This document shows positions 17,167-26,252 of a stretch of 64,000 nucleotides of DNA, in pieces (the stretch's first letter is position 1; each line of letters opens with the position of its first letter). The notes below the pieces were generated by a model. The model made no database searches. It was not told the DNA's origin and was given only the letters and a program-made list of their open reading frames with translations. Source of the stretch: a bacterium (GTDB lineage: Bacteria; Sysuimicrobiota; Sysuimicrobiia; Sysuimicrobiales; Segetimicrobiaceae); contig DATGFS010000003.1 of the NCBI GenBank assembly GCA_035308905.1, positions 418 through 64,417 on the forward strand, written 5' to 3'. Both the position numbers and the translations under genes were made by a program.

Positions 17167-18549
17167 CTATAGCGGCGCGGTCGGTCCGCGGCGCAGCCAC
17201 CGGCCGCGGCCGCGCGCGGCGGTGACCCCGGTCCGGTCCAGCACGATCTCCCCGCGGCTGATCGTATAGACCGGCCATCCGCGGACGGCGCGGCCGTCGT
17301 ACACGGAATACCCGGCGCGGGAGTGCATCGACGTGCCATCCACCGTCCGGGACGCCTCGGGGTCCCAGATCACCACGTCGGCATCCGACCCGACCGCGAT
17401 CGTCCCCTTCCGTGGATAGAGCCCGAAGAGCTTCGCCACGTTCGTGCTGGTCAGCTCGACGAACCGGCCGAGCGAGATCCGGCCGGCGCGGACGCCCTCG
17501 GAAAAGAGCATGGGCATCAGCGTCTCGAGGTCGGCGACGCCGTTCCGCACCGTCGCCACGGTGAGCGACGGATCGAGCTTCTGCCGCAGCGTCCACGGAG
17601 CGTGGTCGGTGCAAACGCTCTGGATCTCGCCGCCGGCGAGGCCGGCCCAGATCGCCGCCACGTCGGCCGCCTCGCGAAGCGGCGGGGCGCCGGTGTACTT
17701 CGGGCCGTCCGGCTCCGCGAAGCGCTCCCGGGTCAAGTACAGATAGAGCGGCCGCGTCTCGACGTACACGCGGAGCCCGTCCGCGCGCGCGGCGCGGCAG
17801 CGGCCGAGCGCCGCGGCCGACGACAGGTGCACCACGTAGATCGGCGCGCCGGTGGCCTGCGCGAGCGCGATCGCCCGCTCGGTGGCGACGGACTCCGTGT
17901 AGACCGGGCGGCTCTCCGGGTAGTGCGCGAGGCCGTCGCGGCCCTCTTCGGCGAGGCGCGCCTTGAGAAACCGCTGCAGCCCGCCGTCCTCGCAGTGCAT
18001 CAGTGTGATCAGGCCGGTGTCCGCCGCCGCGCGCATCGCGCGAAGATACCCGTCGATCTCGGCGTCGAAATTGTCGCGGCTCATGAAGAGCTTCAGGCTC
18101 GTGTGCCCCTGCGCCGCCAGCCCGGCGACCTCGTCGACGGCGCCCGCCGTCGGGTCGGTCAGGACGGGATGCAGGATGAAGTCGACGGCCGCGTCGCGCG
18201 CGGCCGCCTCGAGATCGCGCGCGAGCGCGTCCCGCAGACGCTCGCCCGCCCACTGGAACGTCATGTTGCCGATCGTGGTGATGCCGCCCGCGATGGCGGC
18301 CTGCGATCCGGTGAAGAAGTCGTCGACCCACAACTCGCGGCCGGGCTCCGGCCGCGCGGCCTGGCTCAGATGGACGTGGACATCCACCCCGCCCGGGAAC
18401 ACGTAAAGCCCCGCCGCGTCGATTTCCGTGCGCCCGCGCATCTCGCCGCCGAGCTGCGCGATCTTCCCGCCCCGCACGCCGACGTCGGCCGCTCCGTGCG
18501 CGGCGGCGGTGACGACCGTCCCGCCGCGGATTACGAGGTCACATTCCAC
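17167..18549 (-). CDS. Cyclic amidohydrolase (dihydropyrimidinase/D-hydantoinase/allantoinase superfamily)
   Basis: MECDLVIRGGTVVTAAAHGAADVGVRGGKIAQLGGEM...GLYVFPGGVDVHVHL is the classic N-terminal metal-binding HxH motif of this amidohydrolase family. 460 aa. Confidence 0.8.
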   Translation of the reverse strand: MECDLVIRGGTVVTAAAHGAADVGVRGGKIAQLGGEMRGRTEIDAAGLYVFPGGVDVHVHLSQAARPEPGRELWVDDFFTGSQAAIAGGITTIGNMTFQWAGERLRDALARDLEAAARDAAVDFILHPVLTDPTAGAVDEVAGLAAQGHTSLKLFMSRDNFDAEIDGYLRAMRAAADTGLITLMHCEDGGLQRFLKARLAEEGRDGLAHYPESRPVYTESVATERAIALAQATGAPIYVVHLSSAAALGRCRAARADGLRVYVETRPLYLYLTRERFAEPDGPKYTGAPPLREAADVAAIWAGLAGGEIQSVCTDHAPWTLRQKLDPSLTVATVRNGVADLETLMPMLFSEGVRAGRISLGRFVELTSTNVAKLFGLYPRKGTIAVGSDADVVIWDPEASRTVDGTSMHSRAGYSVYDGRAVRGWPVYTISRGEIVLDRTGVTAARGRGRWLRRGPTAPL

Positions 18550-18565
18550 GGGGCGCCCGGGAGGG

Positions 18566-19321
18566 CTAGTTGAGGTAGCGGGCCGGGTCCACCGGCACGC
18601 CGTTCCGCCGCACCTCGAAGAACAGATGCGGTCCGGTGCTCCAGCCGGAATTGCCGATGCGCCCGATCTCCTGGCCGCGCGCGACCGTTTGGCCGGGGCT
18701 CACGAGCGCGAGCGAGAGGTGCGAGTACGTCGTCTCGAGTCCGCCGCCGTGATCCAACACGATAATCCGCCCGTAGCCGGATTCCCATCCGACGAAGCGG
18801 ACGAGACCGGCCCGCGCGGCGGTGACGGGCGAGCCATACCGCGTCGCGATGTCCAGGCCTGTGTGAAACTCGGGCCTCCCGAAGAGGGGGTGGATGCGCC
18901 AGCCGAAGCGCGACGTGATGACGCCCCCCGACGGCCGCAGCAGGACAAGAGGCAGAGTCGCGCCCGCGACAGGCGGCGCCGCGGCGGCCGTCACGCCCGC
19001 GGGCCCCGGCTCCGGCGGCACATCGCCGGTATCGTCCCTCCTCGGTGACAATTCGGCGTCGCCGGCGTGGATGGCCCGGGGCCGGTTGAGCGGCAGGGCC
19101 AGGTCTCCGGACAGACCGAGCGCCGCCGCGAACTGCAGCACGCCGGGCGCCGGCGCTCTCAGGATGGCCGGCGGTGCGTTGCCGGTGATAATCGCGGCAG
19201 GGGCCGCCGGGCGATCGCCGGCCGCCGGCCCGCGCTCCCCGCGCCCGTAGCCGCCGGTCGCCGCCGCGATCCCGATTCCCAACACGCCGCATGCGGCGGC
19301 GATAGACACGGTACGCCGCAT
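18566..19321 (-). CDS. M23 family metallopeptidase (signal-anchored)
   Basis: C-terminal M23 domain ...HTGLDIATRYGSPVTAARAGLVRFVGWESGYGRIIVLDHGGGLETTYSHLS...GNSGWSTGPHLFFEVRRNG. Probable start MRRTVSIAAACGVLGIGIAA (ATG 19321), which includes a signal/anchor peptide. Confidence 0.8.
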   Translation of the reverse strand: MRRTVSIAAACGVLGIGIAAATGGYGRGERGPAAGDRPAAPAAIITGNAPPAILRAPAPGVLQFAAALGLSGDLALPLNRPRAIHAGDAELSPRRDDTGDVPPEPGPAGVTAAAAPPVAGATLPLVLLRPSGGVITSRFGWRIHPLFGRPEFHTGLDIATRYGSPVTAARAGLVRFVGWESGYGRIIVLDHGGGLETTYSHLSLALVSPGQTVARGQEIGRIGNSGWSTGPHLFFEVRRNGVPVDPARYLN

Positions 19322-19568
19322 GTTGACAGCCCTACGCCTCCTTGAGGTCGCCATGGATCCTCCCGTGCGTACTTCGCGAGTGGGCGGGGTCGAAACAACA
19401 GACAGTCGTGGGTTGGGCGGGCGCCGGCTCGGGACTTGGTTCACGGTGACGCGGTCGGGAGCCGGGTCCGAACGGTGTCTACTGGCTTACCCCTACAATT
19501 CTTCTTGGGGCGGAGCGGCGGGGATTCCTTCCGCGCGGGGGCCCCCGCCGAGGGAAATTAGAGGGAAA

Positions 19569-20375
19569 TTAGTTGAGGTAGCGGGCCGGGTCGACCGGTG
19601 TACCGTTCCGCCGGACCTCAAAGAAGAGGTGCGGTCCGGTGCTCCAGCCGGAGCTGCCGATGCGTCCGATCATCTGGCCCTCCGCGACGCGCTGCCCGGG
19701 GGTCACCTGCGCCGCGGACAGGTGCGAATACGCGGTCTCGAAGCCGCCGTCGTGCGCGAGCACGACGATGCGGCCGTAGCCGGACTTCCAGCCGACGAAG
19801 CGCACCACGCCCGTGCGCGCCGCGACGACCGGCGATCCGTAGCGCGTCGCGATGTCCATGCCGGTATGAAATTCACGGCCCCCGAAGATCGGATGAACCC
19901 GCCAGCCGAATCGAGACGTGACGATACCGCGCGACGGCCACAGCAGCGCCAAACGGCGGGCCGCCACGAACACCGCCGCCGCCGGGGGAGGCGCCGGCGC
20001 GCCGGCTGATGCCGCCACAGGGGGTACGGAGACATGCCGCGGCACCGGAGCGCCGGCGGGCGGGATCGTCAAGACCCGTCCCAGCCGCAGCACCGCGTTC
20101 TCGGATAGGCCGTTCACGGCGGCCAACGCCCCGACGCCGACGCCCGCGGATGCGGCGATGTCCCAGAGCGTGTCGCCTGCGACAACCGTGTGCGTCGCAA
20201 CGACCGGCGCCGGCCGGGTCTCGGGCGGCGACGAGATGGACGCCTCCGGCGAGTCCGCGGGCACCGGCGAGGGTTGCGCGCTTCGGACCTGCCGCGGAGA
20301 TGACTCCAGCGCCGCCATGAGCACGCAGACCGCGCAGAACAAGACGGCGGCCGCGAGCCTCCATAGGGTCGTCAT
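19569..20375 (-). CDS. LysM + M23 family metallopeptidase (tandem paralog of 18566-19321)
   Basis: Probable start MTTLWRLAAAVLFCAVCVL (ATG 20375 after AGGAGGG). LysM motif HTVVAGDTLWDIAASAGVGVGALAAVNGL...LTIP. M23 domain nearly identical to the downstream paralog. The 3' roughly 100 nt of the two genes are near-identical at the DNA level. Confidence 0.8.
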   Translation of the reverse strand: MTTLWRLAAAVLFCAVCVLMAALESSPRQVRSAQPSPVPADSPEASISSPPETRPAPVVATHTVVAGDTLWDIAASAGVGVGALAAVNGLSENAVLRLGRVLTIPPAGAPVPRHVSVPPVAASAGAPAPPPAAAVFVAARRLALLWPSRGIVTSRFGWRVHPIFGGREFHTGMDIATRYGSPVVAARTGVVRFVGWKSGYGRIVVLAHDGGFETAYSHLSAAQVTPGQRVAEGQMIGRIGSSGWSTGPHLFFEVRRNGTPVDPARYLN

Positions 20376-20575
20376 CGACCCTCCTGTGAAGCGTTCGGGT
20401 GCGCGTTGCCGTGCAGGGGTGAACCGGCGGGCGATCATGCGGGATGTGGGCGCCGGCGTCTTGGCGCTGCGAGGACGCGCCAACCGGAAGCCGGCGCTCG
20501 AACGGGATCTTCTGGCTTTCCCCCCGGTGCCTGTGTTTTACCTGGGCCGCGTGTATTCCTGCGGGTGTGCTCCGC

Positions 20576-21835
20576 CTATGTGTCTTCTTCGGCGCTCTTG
20601 ATGATCGATCGCAGGAAGCCCTGATTGTTGGGCGTCTTGCGGAGCCGGTCGAGAATCAACTCCGTCATCGCGACCGTGTCGAGCGACTCGAGGCTCTTCC
20701 TCAAAACCCAGACCTTGCGCAGCTCCTCATCGGTCAGCAGCAGTTCCTCGCGCCGGGTGCCGGACAGCTTGATGTCGATCGCCGGGAACGTCCGCCGCTC
20801 CTGCAGCTTGCGGTTGAGGTGGAGCTCCATGTTGCCGGTGCCCTTGAACTCCTCGTAGATCACGTCGTCCATCCGGCTGCCGGTGTCGATCAGCGCCGTC
20901 GCGACGATCGTGATGCTGCCGCCCTCCTCGATCTTCCGCGCGGCGCCGAAGAAGCGCTTGGGGCGGTGCAGCGCCGCGGGGTCGAGACCACCGGAGAGCG
21001 TCCGGCCGCTCGGCGGGATGACGAGGTTGTTGGCCCGGGAAAATCGGGTGAGGCTGTCGAGCAGGACGACGACGTCGCGCCCGCCTTCGACGAGGCGCTT
21101 GGCGCGCTCGAGCACGAGGTCGGCGACCTGCACGTGCTCTTCCGGCGGCCGGTCGAACGTCGACGCGACGACCTCCGCCTCCACCGAGCGGCGCATGTCG
21201 GTGACTTCCTCCGGCCGCTCGTCGAGCAGCAGCACCATCAGGTAGACCTCCTGGTGGTTCTGCACCATGCTCTGGCCGATCTTCTTGAGCAGGGTCGTCT
21301 TGCCGGCCTTCGGCGGCGAGACGATCATCGCGCGCTGGCCTTTGCCGATCGGCGCGAAGAGGTCCACGATGCGCACGGTGAGATCGCTCTGCGGCAGCTC
21401 GAGCTTGAGCCGCTCGTGCGGGAAGACCGGCGTCAGCTTCTCGAAATCCGGCCGCGAGCGCGCCTGTTCCGGATCGAGGCCGTTGACCGCCTCGACCCGC
21501 AGCAGCGCGTAGTATTTCTCGTTGTCCTTGGGCGCCCGAACCTGTCCGAGCACTTCGTCGCCGACACGCAGGCCGAACCGCTTGATCTGCGATGGGGAGA
21601 CGTAGATGTCCTCGGATCCCGGCAGGTAGCCGCTCGTGCGGAGGAACCCGTACCCCTCCTGCATGATCTCGAGGATGCCGGAGCGGAACATCAGTCCGCT
21701 CTGCTCGGTTTGGGCTTGCAAGATCTTCATGATCAGCTCCTGTTTACGGTAGCGTCGGAAATTCTGAACGTTCAGTTCTTTGGCGAGGTCCTGCAGCTCG
21801 TCGAGACTCTTGCCCTCCAGCTCCGCGATCGCCAC
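20576..21835 (-). CDS. rho: Transcription termination factor Rho
   Basis: MAIAELEGKSLDELQDLAKELNVQNFRRYRKQELIMKILQ... (N-terminal RNA-binding domain), P-loop GKTTLLKKIGQ, 419 aa. Confidence 0.95.
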   Translation of the reverse strand: MAIAELEGKSLDELQDLAKELNVQNFRRYRKQELIMKILQAQTEQSGLMFRSGILEIMQEGYGFLRTSGYLPGSEDIYVSPSQIKRFGLRVGDEVLGQVRAPKDNEKYYALLRVEAVNGLDPEQARSRPDFEKLTPVFPHERLKLELPQSDLTVRIVDLFAPIGKGQRAMIVSPPKAGKTTLLKKIGQSMVQNHQEVYLMVLLLDERPEEVTDMRRSVEAEVVASTFDRPPEEHVQVADLVLERAKRLVEGGRDVVVLLDSLTRFSRANNLVIPPSGRTLSGGLDPAALHRPKRFFGAARKIEEGGSITIVATALIDTGSRMDDVIYEEFKGTGNMELHLNRKLQERRTFPAIDIKLSGTRREELLLTDEELRKVWVLRKSLESLDTVAMTELILDRLRKTPNNQGFLRSIIKSAEEDT

Positions 21836-21924
21836 GCCGCCCCACCTCCACGCCTGCCGGCCCGCCGTGCCCGGCCGCGGTGGCGCGGCCCGCCGGCGTC
21901 GCGGGTCGGGGTGCGGGGTCCGCG

Positions 21925-23175
21925 CTAGGGACCGGTCGCCTCGATATACCCTGCGCGCCCCCGCGGGCCCGTGAGCAGCAGCAGAATCTTGTCGTTCGGC
22001 TTGAGATCGGCGGCCGCCGCCGGCTTGTCGTTGCGGTAGATCGCGACCTGCGGCGTCAGCGCGTAACTCGTCACGGCTTTCTGATCGTTGGCCACCGTGA
22101 TGTCGCCCTGCGCGATCGACGCGAGGGTACCCTTCACATAGTTGAAGCGGCTCTGCGCCTCCATGATCGCCGAAACCGCGCCCGCCGCCTCGCCGCGCGT
22201 GGTCGGCGCGTTCGGCCGGAACGCGTTGTTCGTCACGGCGAGGAGCTTGTGGTCGATCGCGACCGCGACGTACCCGTGGAGCGGCGCCGGGATGTCAGCG
22301 GCGTCGGAGACCGCGAGCTGCGCCTGCGCCTTCTGCGTTGCCTCACCCTGCAGCCCCAGCGCCCGCACCAGCAGCGCCGAGAACTCCGCACGGGTCACCT
22401 GGGCGGCCGGCCGGAAGGTGTTGTCGGGAAAGGCCGTGAGGATGCCCTTCTGAAATTCCAAGTTTACGGTCACCGGCTTGTCCTTCAGCGTGAACACGGC
22501 CGAAATGTTGTAGGTGCCCGGCCCGACCACATGGCTGTCCTGGTCCTTCTGCAGCCAGCGTGTATTGAAGGTCATCGACTTCCCCGAGGCCAGGAACAGG
22601 GGCTGCGGGTTCGGCACGAAGGTCTGGCCGAGCGACCACCGTGCGATCTGCTCTTCGCCGCGCTTGATCACGAAGTCGTAGTACTGCGTCGTCGGAAACT
22701 CGAACTTCACGTCTTCCTTGCCGGTATTGGTGATCGTGAACGTCAGGTCCACCGGATCGTCGATGCCGTACACCGCCCGGTCGGTCGTGAGGGTGTACGC
22801 GACGGCATCCTGCGTGACCGTCGCCTTCTGCTGCGACGCCGCGCCGGTGTTCAGGAGGGCGGCGATCGTCGGCCGCACTGCCTCGGGGATATCCGCGAGA
22901 TCCTTGAAGTTCGGGATCGTCCCGCTGCCCTTGACGTCCAGGCCGCGCGCCAGCGCCTCGACGACCGTGAGGCGCGTGATCGGCTGATCGGGCTTGAACG
23001 TCCCGTCCGGATAGCCGGTGATGACGCCGACGACCGACAGCTTCTCGATCGCGCGCGCGTAGGGGTTGTTCTGCGTGTCCGAGTACGCGCCCGCGGTACC
23101 CGCGAGCGCGAGCGCCATGCCTGCCGCGGCCGCCAGGGCCGCCAGCCGTTGTGTGATTGTCCCTGTCCTCATCAT
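21925..23175 (-). CDS. S-layer-homology (SLH) domain cell-wall protein with central BsuPI-like (intracellular proteinase inhibitor) domain
   Basis: Start MMRTGTITQRLAALAAAAGMALALAGTAGA (signal peptide; ATG 23175 after GGGGGAGGAG). SLH motifs GYPDGTFKPDQPITRLTVVEAL and FPDNTFRPAAQVTRAEFSALLVRAL. The middle segment TFTITNTGKEDVKFEFPTTQYYDFVI... resembles the BsuPI fold. Confidence 0.7.
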   Translation of the reverse strand: MMRTGTITQRLAALAAAAGMALALAGTAGAYSDTQNNPYARAIEKLSVVGVITGYPDGTFKPDQPITRLTVVEALARGLDVKGSGTIPNFKDLADIPEAVRPTIAALLNTGAASQQKATVTQDAVAYTLTTDRAVYGIDDPVDLTFTITNTGKEDVKFEFPTTQYYDFVIKRGEEQIARWSLGQTFVPNPQPLFLASGKSMTFNTRWLQKDQDSHVVGPGTYNISAVFTLKDKPVTVNLEFQKGILTAFPDNTFRPAAQVTRAEFSALLVRALGLQGEATQKAQAQLAVSDAADIPAPLHGYVAVAIDHKLLAVTNNAFRPNAPTTRGEAAGAVSAIMEAQSRFNYVKGTLASIAQGDITVANDQKAVTSYALTPQVAIYRNDKPAAAADLKPNDKILLLLTGPRGRAGYIEATGP

Positions 23176-23555
23176 CGTTGCTCTCCTCCCCCTCACTCTA
23201 CCCAGCGGCGTTCTGCCAAAGACCCGGCCCGCGTCCTCGCCGCCGCGGGTGCCGGTGGACGCGGCCGGGGCGTGACGTCGCGGCACCTGCGGCCGCGCGC
23301 GGGCTCAAAGGCATCGCCGGCTGGAGACGTCGGCTGTCGTGGGTCTCTCGTCGCGATCGGACAAAGCGCGGACGGGCCATGTGAACGTTGCGCCGCGTAT
23401 TCGCCGTACCCTGAAGTTCTCCTGCCGCCTGTGTCGGCCACTCAAACCCTCGTTTTGATTTCATGGTGGCCGGGGCGCTTTGGCCCGCGCCGCAGGCCCA
23501 GGAGTCGACCGGCACGGGGCCGCGCCCCCAAGGGCGCCCCCGTATCTGCGATTGC

Positions 23556-25229
23556 CTACATTCGCTCGACGGCCGTCACTCCGGCGAGATCGAGCGTGTT
23601 GCGCAGCACCCGCCGCGCCGCGTCGACCAGGACGAGCCGGGCCGCCGTCACCGCCGCGTCGTCGGTCAGGACCCGGCACTGTCCGTAGAATACGTGAAAC
23701 GCCTCGGCGAGTTCCCTCGCGTACGCGCACAGGCGCTGAGGCTCCCGCCGCGTCCCGGCCGCGAACACTACGTCCGGCATCGCGACGATCCGCTTCGCGA
23801 GAGTCCATTCTTCGGGCGTGCGCAGCGGGAGAAGATCCGTCCGCCCGGCGTCCGGCAGCGGTACACCCTGGCGTTCCGCTTCCCGGAGAATGCTCGAAAT
23901 ACGGGCGTGCGCGTACTGGACATAGTATACCGGATTTTCGGCCGATTGGCGCGTCGCCAGGGCAAAATCGAAATCCATCGGCACGGACGGGCTCGTCATG
24001 ATGAAGAAGAACCGCGCCGCGTCCCGGCCGACGGCCTCGATCAGCTCGCCGAGCGTGACGAACTCGCCGCTGCGCTTGCTCATCCGCACGGCCTCGCCCT
24101 CGTTGCGCAGCCGGACGTGCTGATACAGGATGACCTCGACGCTGTCCGGATCGTAGCCGAGGGCCTGGAGGCCGCCGCGGACGCGCGCCGTGTCGCCGAT
24201 GTGGTCGACGCCCCAGACGTCGATGAGGTGCTCGAAGCCGCGCGCGTACTTGTCGACGTGGTACGGGATGTCGGAGGCAAAGTAGGTCGGCCGCCCGTCC
24301 CGGCGCACGACGACGCGGTCCTTGTCGTCCCCGAATTGCGTGGAGCGGAACCACAAGGCGCCGTCCTGCTCGTACACCACGTCACGGCGCCGCAGTTCTT
24401 CGAGGCAGCGCTCCACGGCGCCGCTCTCGTGCAGGCTCCGCTCGCTGAACCAGCGGTCGAAGGTGATCCCGAACGCCTCGAGCGTCGCGCGGATCTGGTC
24501 CAGCATGAGGCGCAGCGCGGTGTCGCGGATGTGGCTCAGGCGCTGCTCCGGCGGCATCGCGAGCACCTGCCGGCCGCTCTCCCGGACGAGGTGCGCGGCG
24601 ATGTCCCGCACGTAGTCGCCCTGGTAGCCGTCTTCCGGAAACTCCGCCGGCTCGTTCAGCAATGCCATGTAGCGCGCTTCGACGGAACGGGCGAGCGTAT
24701 CGACCTGGGTGCCGTAATCGTTCACATAGTACTCGCGCCCGACCTCGTATCCCAAGGCGTCGAGCAGCCGCGCGATCGTCTCGCCGACGGCCCCGTTGCG
24801 CCCCGTGCCGACGTGAAGCGGCCCGGTCGGGTTCGCGCTGACGTACTCGACCAGCACCCGCCGTCCGCCGCCGGTGTCGCTGCGGCCGAACCGCCGGTCC
24901 TCCGCGTGCACCCGCCGCAGCCACCGGTGCATGAACGCGGGCGCAAGATGCAGGTTCAGAAAGCCGGGCCCGGCGATCTCGACGGCGCGGAGCGCGTCCG
25001 ACGGGACGGCCAGTTGGGCTTGAATCGCGGCGGCGATCTCCCGGGGCGGGCGGCCCAGCGTGCGCGCCAGCACGAGCGCGGCGTTCGCCGCGTAGTCGCC
25101 GTGCCGGGGGTCGCGGGGCGGCTCGACCTCGAAGGCCGGGAGCGGGTCGGGAGGCGCGGGAAGGGCGCCGGCGGCCGCCGCGCGCCCGATCGCGTCCGCG
25201 ACGAGCTGCCGCAGTTCCTGGGTGACCAC
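23556..25229 (-). CDS. argS: Arginine--tRNA ligase
   Basis: 557 aa with a GTG start. Class I aaRS features and a C-terminal DALR anticodon-binding region; overall collinear with ArgS. Confidence 0.85.
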   Translation of the reverse strand: MVTQELRQLVADAIGRAAAAGALPAPPDPLPAFEVEPPRDPRHGDYAANAALVLARTLGRPPREIAAAIQAQLAVPSDALRAVEIAGPGFLNLHLAPAFMHRWLRRVHAEDRRFGRSDTGGGRRVLVEYVSANPTGPLHVGTGRNGAVGETIARLLDALGYEVGREYYVNDYGTQVDTLARSVEARYMALLNEPAEFPEDGYQGDYVRDIAAHLVRESGRQVLAMPPEQRLSHIRDTALRLMLDQIRATLEAFGITFDRWFSERSLHESGAVERCLEELRRRDVVYEQDGALWFRSTQFGDDKDRVVVRRDGRPTYFASDIPYHVDKYARGFEHLIDVWGVDHIGDTARVRGGLQALGYDPDSVEVILYQHVRLRNEGEAVRMSKRSGEFVTLGELIEAVGRDAARFFFIMTSPSVPMDFDFALATRQSAENPVYYVQYAHARISSILREAERQGVPLPDAGRTDLLPLRTPEEWTLAKRIVAMPDVVFAAGTRREPQRLCAYARELAEAFHVFYGQCRVLTDDAAVTAARLVLVDAARRVLRNTLDLAGVTAVERM

Positions 25230-25230
25230 G

Positions 25231-26199
25231 CTACAGCCGGACTTCGCCCACGCGGCTCGGGTCCTGGATGTGGATGGTGTCGATGAAGCGCACCTGCCGG
25301 GTCTGGGCCGTCATGACGATCGAATGCGTGCGGACGCCGCCGCCGAAGAAGCGCACGCCGCGGAAGAGGTCGCCGTCGGTGATGCCGGTCGCCGCGAACA
25401 GCAGGTTGCCGCCCGGACACAGCTCGTCGGTGCGGAAGATCCGCTCGGGATCGGTAATCCCCATCTCGTGCGCCCGCTCCCGCTCGCCGTCGTTGCGGTA
25501 CCAGAACCGTCCCTGGATCTCGCCGCCGAGGCAGCGCAGCGCCGCGGCGGTGAGCACGCCCTCGGGCGCGCCGCCGATGCCCATCACGGCGTGCACCGCC
25601 GTGCCGGAGACCGCGGCCGAGATCGCCGGCGCGACGTCGCCGTCGGAGATCAGCTTGATCCGCGCGCCGGCCGCCCGCACCGCGGCGATGAGATCGGCGT
25701 GCCGCGGCCGGTTGAGGATGACGACTGTGATATCCTCGATCCGGCGCCGGAGACACTCCGCCAGCACTTGTAAATTGCGCTGCGGCGGCCAGCGGAGATC
25801 CACTTTGCCCGCCGCCTGCGGCGGCACGACGAGTTTCTCCATGTAGATGTCGGGCGCGTGGAGGATGCCGCCGCGCTCCGCGACGGCCAGCATGGCGATC
25901 GCGTTCGGCAGGCCGTTCGCCACCAGGTTGGTTCCCTCGACGGGGTCCACCGCGATGTCGACGGCGAGTCCCTTCCCGGCCCCGACGTCCTCCCCGATGA
26001 AGAGCATCGGCGCCTGATCGCGTTCGCCCTCGCCGATCACCACGCGGCCGTGAATCGGGAGATCCGCCAGCATCTCCCGCATCGCGGTCACCGCGGCCTG
26101 ATCGGTGCGATCGGTATCGCCCTCGCCCATGTGACGGCCGGCCGCGATCGCCGCCGCCTCCGTTACCTTGACCACGTCGAGGACGAGCGTCTGCTCCAT
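25231..26199 (-). CDS. glpX: Fructose-1,6-bisphosphatase class II (GlpX)
   Basis: [28 protein letters not shown]...[23 protein letters not shown] is a typical GlpX. Internal ATG at 26199 is preceded by GGGGGAGGA, and the 118-aa upstream extension of the ORF track is unlikely. 322 aa. Confidence 0.85.
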   Translation of the reverse strand: MEQTLVLDVVKVTEAAAIAAGRHMGEGDTDRTDQAAVTAMREMLADLPIHGRVVIGEGERDQAPMLFIGEDVGAGKGLAVDIAVDPVEGTNLVANGLPNAIAMLAVAERGGILHAPDIYMEKLVVPPQAAGKVDLRWPPQRNLQVLAECLRRRIEDITVVILNRPRHADLIAAVRAAGARIKLISDGDVAPAISAAVSGTAVHAVMGIGGAPEGVLTAAALRCLGGEIQGRFWYRNDGERERAHEMGITDPERIFRTDELCPGGNLLFAATGITDGDLFRGVRFFGGGVRTHSIVMTAQTRQVRFIDTIHIQDPSRVGEVRL

Positions 26200-26252
26200 G
26201 AGCGTCCTCCCCCCTCGCAGGGACAGGCCGGGCCGCCTCGCGGCCCGGCGCG

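Noticed and set aside
23176-23555. 380-bp intergenic region between argS and the SLH gene with small ORFs (e.g. 23198-23515 -), considered for a leader, riboswitch or small protein
   Set aside because: The ORF translations are low-complexity. I cannot recognise any riboswitch consensus by eye. Most likely the long 5' UTR and promoter of the SLH gene plus the argS terminator region; left unannotated.
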